Source of the DNA: Candidatus Caldarchaeum sp.
GTDB lineage: Archaea > Thermoproteota > Nitrososphaeria_A > Caldarchaeales > Caldarchaeaceae
Assembly (NCBI GenBank): GCA_038831915.1
Contig: JAWBKB010000002.1
Coordinates: forward strand, 1-64,000
Direction: 5' to 3'
DNA length: 64,000 nucleotides
The notes under the pieces were generated by a model that ran no database searches, had not been told where the DNA came from, and saw only the letters and a program-made list of their open reading frames with translations. Below are positions 1-10,900 of this stretch, in pieces; the stretch's first letter is position 1; each line of letters begins with the position of its first letter. The position numbers and the translations under genes were made by a program.

Positions 1-441
1 CCTATCCATGTAGACTGTAGGGTTATTAGCGCACCTATCCCTAACAACCTCGAGGAACCTTATACACTCTGCTATCCCCCTAACCCTAGATACCTGGACT
101 GCCATCACCTCCCTAGCAGCCCATAGATAGGCTCTCCTGACGAGATTATGGATTACTGTCTCATCTACAGCTATCGGTCCACGCCTACTATAGATGAGAA
201 GGCTTCACCGGCCCTATGGAACCAATCCCTGACAGACTCATGGCTGACATAAATCCTAGCTCGCATAATATCCCCGCTACCCTCCTGAGGCTATAGCCTA
301 ACGCCGAAAGCCCTAAACCCACGGAGGCATCCTGAGACGGAAAAAGACACTTCTACCATAAGACGGCCCAGGCCGACCCCAATTCTATCCACCCACAACT
401 AATGGCAAAGCCCAGGCCATAGACCTTAAGCTGACAGTCCC
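1..441 (-). mobile_element. Degenerate IS6-family insertion sequence (5' part; runs off the window)
   Basis: Manual minus-strand translation gives GYSLRRVAGILCELG / YVSHESVRDWFHR / GPIAVDETVIH..YLWAAREVMAVQVSRVRGIAECIRFLEVV..PTVYMD. This is an IS6-like HTH plus DDE region broken by about 2 frameshifts. Candidate terminal IR GGGACTGTCAGCTTAAG at 441-425. Confidence 0.75.
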
Positions 442-504
442 GATGCTAAAATGTACAAATCAAATATATGTTCTTGAAACAATTGAGAGCTTAAGGGTGT
501 AGCG

Positions 505-1419
505 ATGCAATCAAAACACGTGTTACTTGTTGTTCTTGTCGTGTTGGGACTCATCCTACCTTTCTTCCTTTCAGATTATCAAATCCACGTGGCCATCGTT
601 TCCTTCTACTATGTCATGTTAACGGCCGCGTGGAATATGTTAGCTGGCCGTGCTGCGATCTTTAGTTTAGGTGTGCATGCTTTGGCTGGTTTGGCTGCTT
701 ATGCATCTGCGCTCAGCAACATCTACCTCGGCATTCCACTGTGGATGAGTATACCTTTGGGTGTAGCTACGGCAGCTATGCTGAGCCTTTTCCTAGCCAC
801 CATCACTTTAAGGATGAAAGGCATATACCTCGCCCTTACGACATGGGCTTTTGCAGAAATTTCACGTCTCGTAATAAGCGTCGAATACCAGATAACACGG
901 GGAGATTTAGGGCTTCAAACCGCTCTTATTTTTAGCCTGCAAGACATCATCAAATACTATTACCTATTCTTCGCCTTGATGACTGCGATGGTCGCTTTTC
1001 TGTACTTCTTCATGAATTCACCATATGGCTTGTTCGTTTGGGCCACGGGGCAGGATGCAACAGCCGCCTCTGCGTCAGGCATAAACGTTTACCGTTGGAG
1101 GATAACGGCTACCGTTATTACTGGTGTTGTCGCAGGAGTTGCGGGAGCGTTTTATGGCCACTATATCGGCGTTTTGGCACCCTCGATCATGGGCTTTCAT
1201 GAAATGGCAACCATAATCATGATGGCTATCATAGGCGGGTTTGGGAATCTCTTTGGCGCTGTCATAGGGGCTTTAACGCTGGAAATACTCCTTGAATCCT
1301 TCAGGGTGTATCGTGAATGGCGTTTAGTAGTTTTCGCGGTCGCTGTTTTAATTACCATGAGGGTTTACCGTGAAGGGCTTGTGGGTTTGCTGAAAAAGTA
1401 TAATGTGTTGTTAAAGTAA
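505..1419 (+). CDS. livM: Branched-chain amino acid ABC transporter permease (LivM-type)
   Basis: Hydrophobic protein with LRMKGIYLALTT and IIGGFGNLFGAVIGA motifs. Confidence 0.85.
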   Translation: MQSKHVLLVVLVVLGLILPFFLSDYQIHVAIVSFYYVMLTAAWNMLAGRAAIFSLGVHALAGLAAYASALSNIYLGIPLWMSIPLGVATAAMLSLFLATITLRMKGIYLALTTWAFAEISRLVISVEYQITRGDLGLQTALIFSLQDIIKYYYLFFALMTAMVAFLYFFMNSPYGLFVWATGQDATAASASGINVYRWRITATVITGVVAGVAGAFYGHYIGVLAPSIMGFHEMATIIMMAIIGGFGNLFGAVIGALTLEILLESFRVYREWRLVVFAVAVLITMRVYREGLVGLLKKYNVLLK

Positions 1420-1441
1420 CGCTAGAAAAATTGACAGCCGT

Positions 1442-2335
1442 CTAAACTTCTCGTTCAACTCGGCCGAAAAATCCTCTCGGTCTCAGCAATAAAACGATTA
1501 TCATAATGATGAACCCGTAGACTTCACGGTACTTTGGGTCTATTAGGGCTGTTCCAATTGCTTCAGACATTCCCAGGAGTATTCCTCCGGCTAAGCTCCC
1601 CATTAACGAGCCTAAACCACCGATAACTATTATGACAAAGCCTTTCACCGTAGGGACGACGCCACTTTCTGGATAGATTAAGAAGACAGGTGCAAGCATT
1701 ATTCCCGCTACTGCCGCAAGCGATACGCCGACTGCGAAAGCATAGCCGTCGACGGACCATACGTCAACGCCAGCTGTTTGCACGCTGAACCTGTTTTGAG
1801 CCGTAGCTCGGAGAGCTAAACCGGTCCAGGTGAATTTAAGTATAGCGAAGAAAACCGCTAGCGTTACGATGCCCACCAAAGCTGCCAAAAGCCTGTTTCC
1901 GCTCAGAGTTATTCCAGAAAATGAAACGTTGGGGTAATAGTCTGGAACCGACCAAACATATGGGCCAAAAAGCACTACCATTAAATTTCTAAGCAGCACA
2001 GATAGGGAAATTGTGGTAATAGCTGCGTATTCTTCTTTCCTCTCACCAATCCTTGTGAACATAGGTTTCAAAATTCCTTTTTGAATAAGCAACCCCACAA
2101 AAAACACTGTAGCAATGCTTAGAACAACCGCTAAAGGCCATAGTGTTGGGCCAACTATTCTAATGTACAGTAGTTGGATATAGCCAGCTATCATGTAAAA
2201 CTCTCCCATGGCCCAGTTGATCATCCGCATAACTCCGTAGATGAAAGTTATTCCTAACGCCATAACAGTGTAGAGAACGCCCAACATCAGACCGGATAAA
2301 AGATATTCAAAAAATATGGGCGGTTGGACAGTCAT
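1442..2335 (-). CDS. livH: Branched-chain amino acid ABC transporter permease (LivH-type)
   Basis: ALGITFIYGVMRMINWAMGEF and GGLGSLMGSLAGG motifs. Confidence 0.88.
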   Translation of the reverse strand: MTVQPPIFFEYLLSGLMLGVLYTVMALGITFIYGVMRMINWAMGEFYMIAGYIQLLYIRIVGPTLWPLAVVLSIATVFFVGLLIQKGILKPMFTRIGERKEEYAAITTISLSVLLRNLMVVLFGPYVWSVPDYYPNVSFSGITLSGNRLLAALVGIVTLAVFFAILKFTWTGLALRATAQNRFSVQTAGVDVWSVDGYAFAVGVSLAAVAGIMLAPVFLIYPESGVVPTVKGFVIIVIGGLGSLMGSLAGGILLGMSEAIGTALIDPKYREVYGFIIMIIVLLLRPRGFFGRVEREV

Positions 2336-2338
2336 ATT

Positions 2339-3538
2339 TTATTTGGTGGCTAGCTCGGGCGGATAGATTATAGGTGCGTCAGCAAGCTTCTGCCTTGCCG
2401 CAGTCCACTCACCTATATGAATCGATGGAACCGTGACATGCTGCCAGCCAACACCGGGTGTCTGCGTAAACTTGACCTTACCAACCCAATAGTCGAACTC
2501 GTTTTCTAGCAGAGCTTTCCTTACGGCTTCAGGGTTGTCAGAGCCCGCTTTTTGTATCGCCTGCACAAGCACATAAATATGTCCAAACCCTTGGAAGTCA
2601 GGATATATCGGGTCTTCCCCGTACTTCGCCCTATATCTCTCCAGAAACTTTTGCCCCATCTCTGACAGCTTTATCTTGGGATGGAATGTTCCAACCCAGA
2701 CTAAGCCCACACCTTTTTCACCGACGTTGTCCCAATATTCGACGCGCGTTGGCCAATCGAAGGCAGCGGCCATCTTTATCTTAGGTATCAATCCTAAGTC
2801 GTAGGCTTGCGACACCATGAGGAAGGTTGGTGCCCCAACCCCTATGTTGACTATAAGGTCGGGGTTGAATTCCTTAACTTTAAGCAGCTCGGGGGTCAGG
2901 TCTTTCGTCGTTCTATCGAAAACGATGGAGAAGAACTCTGCTTGCATACCGTGTTCCTTCATCTTTGTCTCTAAGTTCCTGATGTAGCCGATGCCGAAGT
3001 CTGTGTTTTCTGCGACTGCCGCTACTCTCTTAAAGCCTTGCTGCTTGGCCCATCTGACGAGAATATCCGATCGGTCAAGGTCAGTTACGTGGACTCTAAA
3101 AGTCCATTTCAAGCCTTTCTCGGATATTCTAGCGGCTGAAGGATGTGGGAAGAAACAGACTACACCGTATTGTTCGCAGATGTCTTGAACCTGTAATGCC
3201 ACCGAGCTGTGATACTGTCCACCTATCGCCACAACTTTGTCTGCAGTAATCAGCTTTCTCGCGCCAGCCACGCCTTTTTCGGGTGTTCCAGCGTCATCCT
3301 CCACTATCAACTCAATCTTCCTTCCGAGAATACCGCCGGCTTCGTTGAACATTTCGACTGCAAGCTCGGCTCCGCGCTTAATCCTGGTGCCCGCCGCAGG
3401 GTCGCCTGGAGGCGATAACGGTGTCAGCAAACCTATCTTTATCGGCTCCGTCGGAGGTCTTGGCATCAAGACGAAAGCGGCGGCTGCGGCTGCGACAACT
3501 ATGGCCACAACAGCAACGACAAGCACTCTTCTCTTCAT
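2339..3538 (-). CDS. livK: ABC transporter substrate-binding protein (LivK/LivJ family) with N-terminal membrane anchor
   Basis: IKIGLLTPLS..G, GGILGRKIELIVEDD, N-terminal hydrophobic helix. Confidence 0.85.
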   Translation of the reverse strand: MKRRVLVVAVVAIVVAAAAAAFVLMPRPPTEPIKIGLLTPLSPPGDPAAGTRIKRGAELAVEMFNEAGGILGRKIELIVEDDAGTPEKGVAGARKLITADKVVAIGGQYHSSVALQVQDICEQYGVVCFFPHPSAARISEKGLKWTFRVHVTDLDRSDILVRWAKQQGFKRVAAVAENTDFGIGYIRNLETKMKEHGMQAEFFSIVFDRTTKDLTPELLKVKEFNPDLIVNIGVGAPTFLMVSQAYDLGLIPKIKMAAAFDWPTRVEYWDNVGEKGVGLVWVGTFHPKIKLSEMGQKFLERYRAKYGEDPIYPDFQGFGHIYVLVQAIQKAGSDNPEAVRKALLENEFDYWVGKVKFTQTPGVGWQHVTVPSIHIGEWTAARQKLADAPIIYPPELATK

Positions 3539-4025
3539 TTAGCAAAATCACGCACTAGTCTCCTATAAATTTTTTTTACTCCTAGTAGTCCTGAGAGAAA
3601 AAACTGGGAAAATATAGGAAACGGCAACAGACGCGAAAAGAAGACGGAAGTGAAAAAATTGAGAAGAACAGGGGGGTCGCGCCTCATTGATGATAAACTA
3701 TCCCAACATTCCAATAATAAATTCTAAGCAAATGGAAAGTTCACGAAACAGCTTGGGTAACAATCACGAAAACCGGGATTCCGCTGCAGTAGTGATTTGC
3801 ACGAGCCCGGAAATGCAGCAATAGTCGATCGACGTTCGCCGAACTTGCCAAATACAGAGTCGATTGCATCTAAGGTTTGAACCTTGGGTCGGAGGCTATT
3901 AGATGCTGCTCGTCAAGTCCATGGCGGGAGCTTTGGGACAGGAATTTGATTATTAGAATTTGTATTGTCGAGCTTGTTCGCGAACCTTTCTGGGATTATT
4001 TGTTCGCATATGTGATATGTTGACA

Positions 4026-6188
4026 TTAGAGTGTTACCAATCCGTAGATGAACAGCGGTATGAATACCAGCGACAGCGTGTTGAGCAGCTTGATGAGTAT
4101 GTGTAGGCTTGGGGCGTATGTGTCTTTCAACGGGTCGCCGACGGTGTCTCCGACGACTGTTGCTTTGTGAGCGTCGGAGCCTTTCTTGCCTTCGATTTCG
4201 AGATATTTTTTCGCGTTGTCCATCGCCGCGCCTCCGTAAAACCCGACAATCGCCAACGGAATCGCTGAGACTGTGGCGCCGATCACCAAGGCGCCGACGG
4301 CTTTCCAACCGAGCAAAATCCCTAAAACAATTGGTGCAAGCGTAACTACGAGAGTCGGTGTTACCATGAGTTTCAGCGCTGTCCTCGTCGAAATGTCAAC
4401 ACATTTGGCGTAGTCTGGCTTGTTCCTTCCTTCAAGAATTCCCGGAATTGTTCTGAACTGTCTGCGCACTTCTTCGACCATTTGGAAAGCGCCGTAGCCG
4501 ACTGCTTTAACGGCGTATCCGGAGAATAGGTATGGAATCATCGCTCCAATGAACAATCCGATGAGCACCGACGGGGAGTTCAGCTGAAGCATCAGCGAAA
4601 GCTCTTCGATGTTATTTAGCAGGGCCGCCGACTGCTCCAAAGTTAGATGAGTCAGCTCGATTATGCCTGCCATGTACCTGCCGACTTCCAAAAGGAATGC
4701 TTGGAATAGCAGAAGGGCTGCGAGAGCAGCCGAACCCATGGCATATGATTTTGTCAGAGCTTTCGTGGTGTTTCCGAGGGCGTCAAGCGGTTCAAGCCTG
4801 TCGCGAATCTCTTTAGGAGCGTTTGCGAGCTCAGCTATTCCTCCTGCGTTGTCAACTATTGGGCCGAGACCGTCCATCGTGAGGACAAATCCAGCTGTCG
4901 ATAACATTCCCATCGTCGCCATAGTCGTCCCGAACACTCCTCCGAGAAAGAGGTCGGGCAAACCAGCGGCACGCGCCCATTCAACACCAAGAATGAATGA
5001 CGCGGCGATTGCGACAACCACGGTGATTACTGGGAGAGCTGTTGATATCATTCCGACGGATAGTCCAGAAACAACTGTCAGCGCAGGCCCTGATTCGCTG
5101 CTGGTAGCTATTAGCTTAACATGTGATGACCTCAGGCTGGTGTATACTTCGCTGTAAAACATGATGAGTATTCCCGCGATAAGGCCTATCACCATGGTGA
5201 TGTATAACGGAAGGAAGCTGTTGCCGAAAACAACGTTTGATACAACAAGCATCAAAACACCGGCGACAATTGAAGTAACCACTAAGCCGTTGCGGAGAGG
5301 TTCAATCGAGTCTTTAAAGGCTTTCTGGTAAATCGCCCATCCAACACCGGCTAAAGTGGCGACAACACCAACAGCTCTAACGACCAGAGGAAGAACTACG
5401 TATGTTTCGTCGATTTTCTGGAACAATATAATTGAGATGACGAGCGCGACAATCATTCCGCCGAGGTTTTCGGCAGTTACTGACTCGAAGAGGTCGGCGC
5501 CTCTACCTGCTTCATCTCCGACATTGTCTCCAACTTGGTCAGCTATTACAGCCGGGTTTCTAGGGTCGTCCTCTGGAATTCCGACCTCTATTTTACCCAC
5601 GAGGTCAGCGCCTATGTCAGCGCTCTTGGTGTAGATGCCGCCTCCGAGCTGAGCGAACAAAGCAGCTAAGCTAGCTCCAAATCCGAATCCAGCCAGGATA
5701 CCCGGGTCTCTGAAAATCCAGTAAAGAATGGTCAAACCTAGAAGGCTCATCGCAATCACCGCGAGCCCGAGAGCTGCGCCGCCCATCGTAGCGACGCGAA
5801 GAGCACTCACCGAAGATTTTGAAGCCGCGAAAGTTGTCCGGACGTTGGCTTTGGTCGCGGAATCCATCGCGATTGTGGCTGCTATGATGGAAAATGCGAC
5901 CCCGAGGAGAAAGCTTCCACCTATTTGGAGTCCGTAGGTGATGCCGCCCATTTGGGGAAACAGAGAGAAGCTTGCGACAATGAGCAGGAAGATGAAGATA
6001 GCTATGGTGAAGATTGTTCGGTATTGTCTCTTGAGGTAGGCAATGGAGCCTTCGCGGATCGCCGACCAAACCGCGACAAACGCCGGCCCTCCTTTCGGAT
6101 ACCTGTTTACTATGGCCACGAACCCAACGGCAGTTAACGCGCCCAACAGGCCCAATAACAAAGCCAACGTCAGAAAATCAATCGTCAT
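4026..6188 (-). CDS. hppA: Membrane-bound H+-translocating pyrophosphatase, predicted K+-independent
   Basis: GGGIYTKSADIGADLVGK, EDDPRNPAVIADQVGDNVGD, GNTTKA and GDTVGDPLKD motifs; start placed at ATG 6188. Confidence 0.95.
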   Translation of the reverse strand: MTIDFLTLALLLGLLGALTAVGFVAIVNRYPKGGPAFVAVWSAIREGSIAYLKRQYRTIFTIAIFIFLLIVASFSLFPQMGGITYGLQIGGSFLLGVAFSIIAATIAMDSATKANVRTTFAASKSSVSALRVATMGGAALGLAVIAMSLLGLTILYWIFRDPGILAGFGFGASLAALFAQLGGGIYTKSADIGADLVGKIEVGIPEDDPRNPAVIADQVGDNVGDEAGRGADLFESVTAENLGGMIVALVISIILFQKIDETYVVLPLVVRAVGVVATLAGVGWAIYQKAFKDSIEPLRNGLVVTSIVAGVLMLVVSNVVFGNSFLPLYITMVIGLIAGILIMFYSEVYTSLRSSHVKLIATSSESGPALTVVSGLSVGMISTALPVITVVVAIAASFILGVEWARAAGLPDLFLGGVFGTTMATMGMLSTAGFVLTMDGLGPIVDNAGGIAELANAPKEIRDRLEPLDALGNTTKALTKSYAMGSAALAALLLFQAFLLEVGRYMAGIIELTHLTLEQSAALLNNIEELSLMLQLNSPSVLIGLFIGAMIPYLFSGYAVKAVGYGAFQMVEEVRRQFRTIPGILEGRNKPDYAKCVDISTRTALKLMVTPTLVVTLAPIVLGILLGWKAVGALVIGATVSAIPLAIVGFYGGAAMDNAKKYLEIEGKKGSDAHKATVVGDTVGDPLKDTYAPSLHILIKLLNTLSLVFIPLFIYGLVTL

Positions 6189-6304
6189 CTCGGTGAAAAT
6201 CGGGCGGCGTCCACTATAAAAACACAATTTTTACAGGTTTAGGACAGAAAAGATTGTGTGATGTTGCCTAACAATTATATCCAGCTGCAAGCTCTACATC
6301 GGTA

Positions 6305-6916
6305 TTGAATAGGCTGCCGCCTGGGCAGGTGTGGGCGAGAAACTGGGTCATATACTCGGCTCTAGGAACACCAACAATAGATATTAATGCATACCGGCTG
6401 AGAGTGGATGGACTTGTAGAAAACGAAGCCGAATACACTTATCAGCAGCTGCTCGAAATGGCTGATGTCGAATACGTCAGGCCTTTTCACTGCGTGACTA
6501 AGTGGAGCATCGATAACGTGAAATGGAAAGGTGTGAGTTTGAAGCGTTTGCTGATGCTTTCGAAACCGAAGAATGAGGCGAAATGGGTGATGTTCGGCTG
6601 CCTTGACGGATATACGGCGCCTGTGCCGATTGAAGACGCTATGAGCGAAGACGCCATAGTCGTGTTGGAGATTAATGCTAAACCGTTGAACATAGAGCAG
6701 GGTTTTCCCGCCAGGCCTTTCATTCCACATCTCTACGGTTGGAAAAGCGCGAAATGGCTATCCGAAATAACACTCATCCCTTCTTACAGCGACGGATACT
6801 GGGAGCTGTATGGCTACCATGAAAGAGGCAACGTCTGGGATGAGGAGCGGTTCAAAGGCATGGGCGGCAAACACGTCAAGAGAAAAGCTTGGGGCATCAT
6901 TCCAGGGGGAACTTGA
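6305..6916 (+). CDS. Sulfite-oxidase-like molybdopterin oxidoreductase (YuiH/MsrP-like)
   Basis: RLPPGQ, FHCVTKWS, YGWKSAKWL, GYWE..GYH motifs. Confidence 0.85.
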   Translation: MNRLPPGQVWARNWVIYSALGTPTIDINAYRLRVDGLVENEAEYTYQQLLEMADVEYVRPFHCVTKWSIDNVKWKGVSLKRLLMLSKPKNEAKWVMFGCLDGYTAPVPIEDAMSEDAIVVLEINAKPLNIEQGFPARPFIPHLYGWKSAKWLSEITLIPSYSDGYWELYGYHERGNVWDEERFKGMGGKHVKRKAWGIIPGGT

Positions 6917-7439
6917 CGAACTTAGGCCAATCGCTGCGGGCCGAGCCAACGTACAACACCGGCTTATAGCCGCGAAATTCCCAATATTCACCGAAATCTT
7001 CAATCGCCACTGCGTCCTCAACGATAGAAAGGAAAAGAAAATGGTCTCCCACATCAATCTTCATCTCTACCCTACATTCAAGATATGCAGAAGCGTCGAG
7101 TAGTATCGGTGCTTTGGTTTTTTCCCCCAGTCTATATTGGAAACCGCTTGATGATAGCTTGTCTTTGACGCCTGGCGCAGTGGGCTGGGCCAGCAAAGCC
7201 ATTTTTGAAACATGCTCGTATGATAGCCAGTTTACGGAGAAAACATTTGAATGCTCGACGAGTTTTGTGGTTTTGTGAGCTTTGCCGAGAGCGGCTGCTA
7301 TTTTGGGGGGGTTGAAAGATACAGGCATTACGCTCGATGCGAGTAATCCACCAGCTTCGTCCCCCATCCGTGAAGCAACAACCATCGCAATCTGCGGATA
7401 AAAAAGTCTATGAAACAGTTCAAATGGAATTCTCTTCAC
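6897..7439 (-). CDS. Flavin reductase-like FMN-binding protein
   Basis: PVSFNPP, AYLECRV, GDHFLF motifs. Confidence 0.8.
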   Translation of the reverse strand: MKRIPFELFHRLFYPQIAMVVASRMGDEAGGLLASSVMPVSFNPPKIAAALGKAHKTTKLVEHSNVFSVNWLSYEHVSKMALLAQPTAPGVKDKLSSSGFQYRLGEKTKAPILLDASAYLECRVEMKIDVGDHFLFLSIVEDAVAIEDFGEYWEFRGYKPVLYVGSARSDWPKFVKFPLE

Positions 7440-7993
7440 ACCGACCCACCTATTTTCAACAACGATTGATAAACATCGTCTAATGAATTAACTCTGATGA
7501 TGTTGGGTGAATTTGGAACTATGCGGTTCCAGGGCTGGTCATAGAGAAATAGCAGCCGCCGTGTTGCCGCCAACTTTTCAGCGAGTCGTGGTGAATCATC
7601 TATGTAGACGTCGTAGGCGAAGCTCGCTTTACTTGCGCGGAGCGGAACCCACACAAAACGACGGTAACGTACGCCAACATGTTTGAGCCAAGCCTTAACA
7701 TAGTCTATCGTCTCGGCGGGCCTTTGCGTCAGAATATCGACTTGACCGAAGAGGCTTAGCTTTTCAGTGTCCTCGCTCAAATCATCCTCTAACGGAGCCA
7801 TTTCGTACCACCGCTCCCAAGCCAAGATAATCAACTGCATAAACTGTTGCCGCGTCATGTTCAGCTTCAGCCAAAATTCCCATTCGGTAATCATGTCCCG
7901 GGTCAGCTTCAACCCTGTCTGTTCTTCGTAGATTTTGATGATGTTTCCCGCGAGATCCGCCAACACTCCGTCTACGTCCAGAGCGATTTTCAA
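7436..7993 (-). CDS. HAD-family 5'(3')-deoxyribonucleotidase-like protein
   Basis: ALDVDGVLAD, YIDDSP, YDQPWN motifs. Confidence 0.8.
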   Translation of the reverse strand: MKIALDVDGVLADLAGNIIKIYEEQTGLKLTRDMITEWEFWLKLNMTRQQFMQLIILAWERWYEMAPLEDDLSEDTEKLSLFGQVDILTQRPAETIDYVKAWLKHVGVRYRRFVWVPLRASKASFAYDVYIDDSPRLAEKLAATRRLLFLYDQPWNRIVPNSPNIIRVNSLDDVYQSLLKIGGSV

Positions 7994-10900
7994 CCCTGTC
8001 CCTGACCCATTTTCTCAGCTACGAGATAGGCCGTGTAGATGTTGCGAACATCGTCTCTAAGGTAGGATTCGAGAAGAGCGGTGAATCTTTCAGGTTTTGA
8101 ACGGATGAATTTGACGCTGGGCTTCCTCCGCTTCTCCAACTCGGTTCGGGTGAACAGGTCAGACGCCCAGACATCCCGCCGCAGCCCCAAAGCAGACTCA
8201 AACACTTCCAAAGGGATTTCGACATTCATTTTTTCGGACAGAAGTTTCTTTACGTCCGGTGCTTTACCGCCTTGCTCGAGACCCTTCAGGAAAGCTTTAA
8301 CCGCCTCGAGCCCCGCGGTTGTCAATGTTTTGTACAAAAGGTCGAAATCGTATACGACTATTTTGAAGCCTTTATCGACGAGCTTAGAGATTTCAACGAG
8401 GGCCTGCGAAACATCATCAGCCGGCCTGTTGAATTCGAAAAACCCTGTGAACATTTTTGACTCCTCGCCGTCGAAAAGCGCTAGCCCGTAGAGGCCGGCG
8501 TTTAAATCTTCCCGGAACTGAACCGAAACAGCGGACAGAGACGCGAGACCAATAGCTTTCGAAGGCTTCGTGACCGTGTAAACTGTGTCGCCTATCTGCA
8601 CCTTCAACGTCTGCATTAATAGTATGTAATCGATGATTTTGAGAGCGTATGTTCGCGCTATTTCCCAGTCGAGCTTTTTGGCGAGAAAATCGCTGTACAC
8701 CTGTTCTTCGATTTGCTGCAGAAGAACTTCGTCGAGTTCATCGGGCTGATAGTTTTCGACGTCTTTCCGCAGGCTTTGCCAGTCGATTGATGGGAGATAG
8801 TTTGCGCATTCGCCTTCGTAAAACCTAACGAATTTTCTTTCGCCTAAGACTATCATGTCGAACTTCATGATGAAAAGCGAAATGTGATGAATTCTTCTCA
8901 GCACGATGAGGATGAAGCTGGCACCGAGACGTAGAAGGCTTGTGTCGTCGAGCGGAGAAGCTTCGACCGCGAGTCCGTAAGTGTAGTCGCTGTAGAAGCC
9001 GTAGGTCGGTGTGGGAACTTCGATGGTTTTCACGTCTTTGATGGCGAAAGTTCTTTCACCAACCGTCAACAGCCTGCGTTTGTTCGAATATATTCGCCAT
9101 TCGACCCTGTTTGCGAATTCGATGAATGTCCCGAATCCGTTGGAAGGAAGCTGTGCTACCAAATGGATTAGCGATTGAATGCTTCCTCGGTGAAAATCAC
9201 GTCTGACATTCGGCTCCTCGTTCCAGCGCAGCTTCGTTCTTTCGTATTCCTCTAGAACAGGGTTCAGGGCATCGTGTCTTCTCAACCTGCTTTCGAGCAG
9301 ACTATCGACAACCACGCCTGTGACAACACGGCCTTTTTTCCCTCCTGTTCGGACTTCGACGACGACTCCGTCGCTGCTTGGGTCAATGGCTCCGGGCTGA
9401 AACTTTTCAACCAAATCGACATGGGAGATGTCTTCGAGGTTTCGTAGGCTGCCGTCGTCTCCAACCCGCCAACGCTTGATGCCGTAGGGTGGGGCGAATT
9501 CATAAAAATTCATCTTAAGCCAAGCATTCTTACCGTTTTGCGTTAGAGCACCGTCGCTTTCAAGCCCAAGCTCGCGAAGAAACAAAATATCTTCTTTGGT
9601 TATCTTGCTTCGGGTGATTGGGGACACATAATCGAATAGTGTTTTGAAAAGCTTGCCATATTTGTTTGCTCGGTTCGCGATTGTTTTCTCAATCGGTAGT
9701 TCAAGCCATTTTTTGAAAACTTCCACACCTCTGCTTAGTAAATCCCTGTCCCACTGGCTGAAGGGAATTACCACGGTTTCGGTCCACGGAATATCAGGCC
9801 TACGACCCTTCCTCCCCTCCCTCTGTCGAAACTCTCGAACTTCCTGAGGTAATCCAAGGTGAACAATTCTCCTGACTGCACCTATGTCAATGCCCTGACT
9901 CAAAGTCTTCGGTGTAAAAATCAACTTGGTTTGCCCAATTTTGGCCGATTGCTCAATTTCTCTTCGCTGCGTCTTGAGCAAGAGATGATGATGAGTGGCG
10001 ACAGCGGTGTTCAGGCCTGTTTGATGTATCACTTTTCGGGCTGTTTCTTCGGCGGAAGAAATTCCAACGGTGAAAACCAGAGTCAAAACATCGTCATCAG
10101 CGTAGTGTGAAAGAACTTCCACCGGGTCGCCGAAATAGTCGGGGAATTCTGCTCCAGCGGCTTTAGCAACTTCGACGATTTTGAAGAAATTTCGGCGAAA
10201 ATCATCGAAATCTTGGATACTTTTTATCACGTCGGGCCCTGCACCCGCTTTGACCAGTTTTTCTTTCTGAGCTAAAATGGCCTCCCAAATTTTTCGAAGA
10301 GATTTGCCTAAGACAAGGTAAGTTCTGTTCTCGGTTTGGAAGGGTTCGCCGTCGACGATGCTGGATTTCCTCCCGTTGATCTCGGTCAACATCAATCCCA
10401 CTTCTTCCGGGTCTTGAAGCGTCGCCGTCATGATGACCATTTGGACATTTGGATTGATGATTTCAACGATGATTCGCATCATCGCCATCAATATCGCTAT
10501 CGAACGGGGCCCGTAGAAGTCGAATTCGTCCAGAACTATGAGTTGTGTTTCGTTGATAAACTCCTTGAGGAAAGCGGTCTTGCCTGCGCCAATACGTTTC
10601 AGTTCGTTAAGTAGATAGGCTGGGTTCGTTATCACAAGGTTCGAATCTTTAATGGTGGAACGAAGTGTGCGAGGTGTTGAAGTTTTCAGAATTTCCTCTT
10701 TTCTCAGCGCGTCTATTGCTATGACTTTCATGCTGAGAGCTGCACAATAATCTTTCAGACGTTCAAGCTGGTCGTTTGAAAGAGCGAGTGTGGGATATAT
10801 CGCGAGTGTATTAGCCCGTTTGAGGGCTGTGTATAGAAACCATGCTTCGGTTTTTCCGCTTCCCGTGCCGGCTTTCAACACGAGGTTTTCTCCGTTCATC

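Noticed and set aside
3686-3730. Box C-like TGATGA suggesting a C/D sRNA
   Set aside because: No CTGA D box at a suitable spacing
3913-6137. Multiple overlapping or antisense ORFs within hppA (and similar ones across the window)
   Set aside because: No recognisable motifs; they are shadows of well-supported genes
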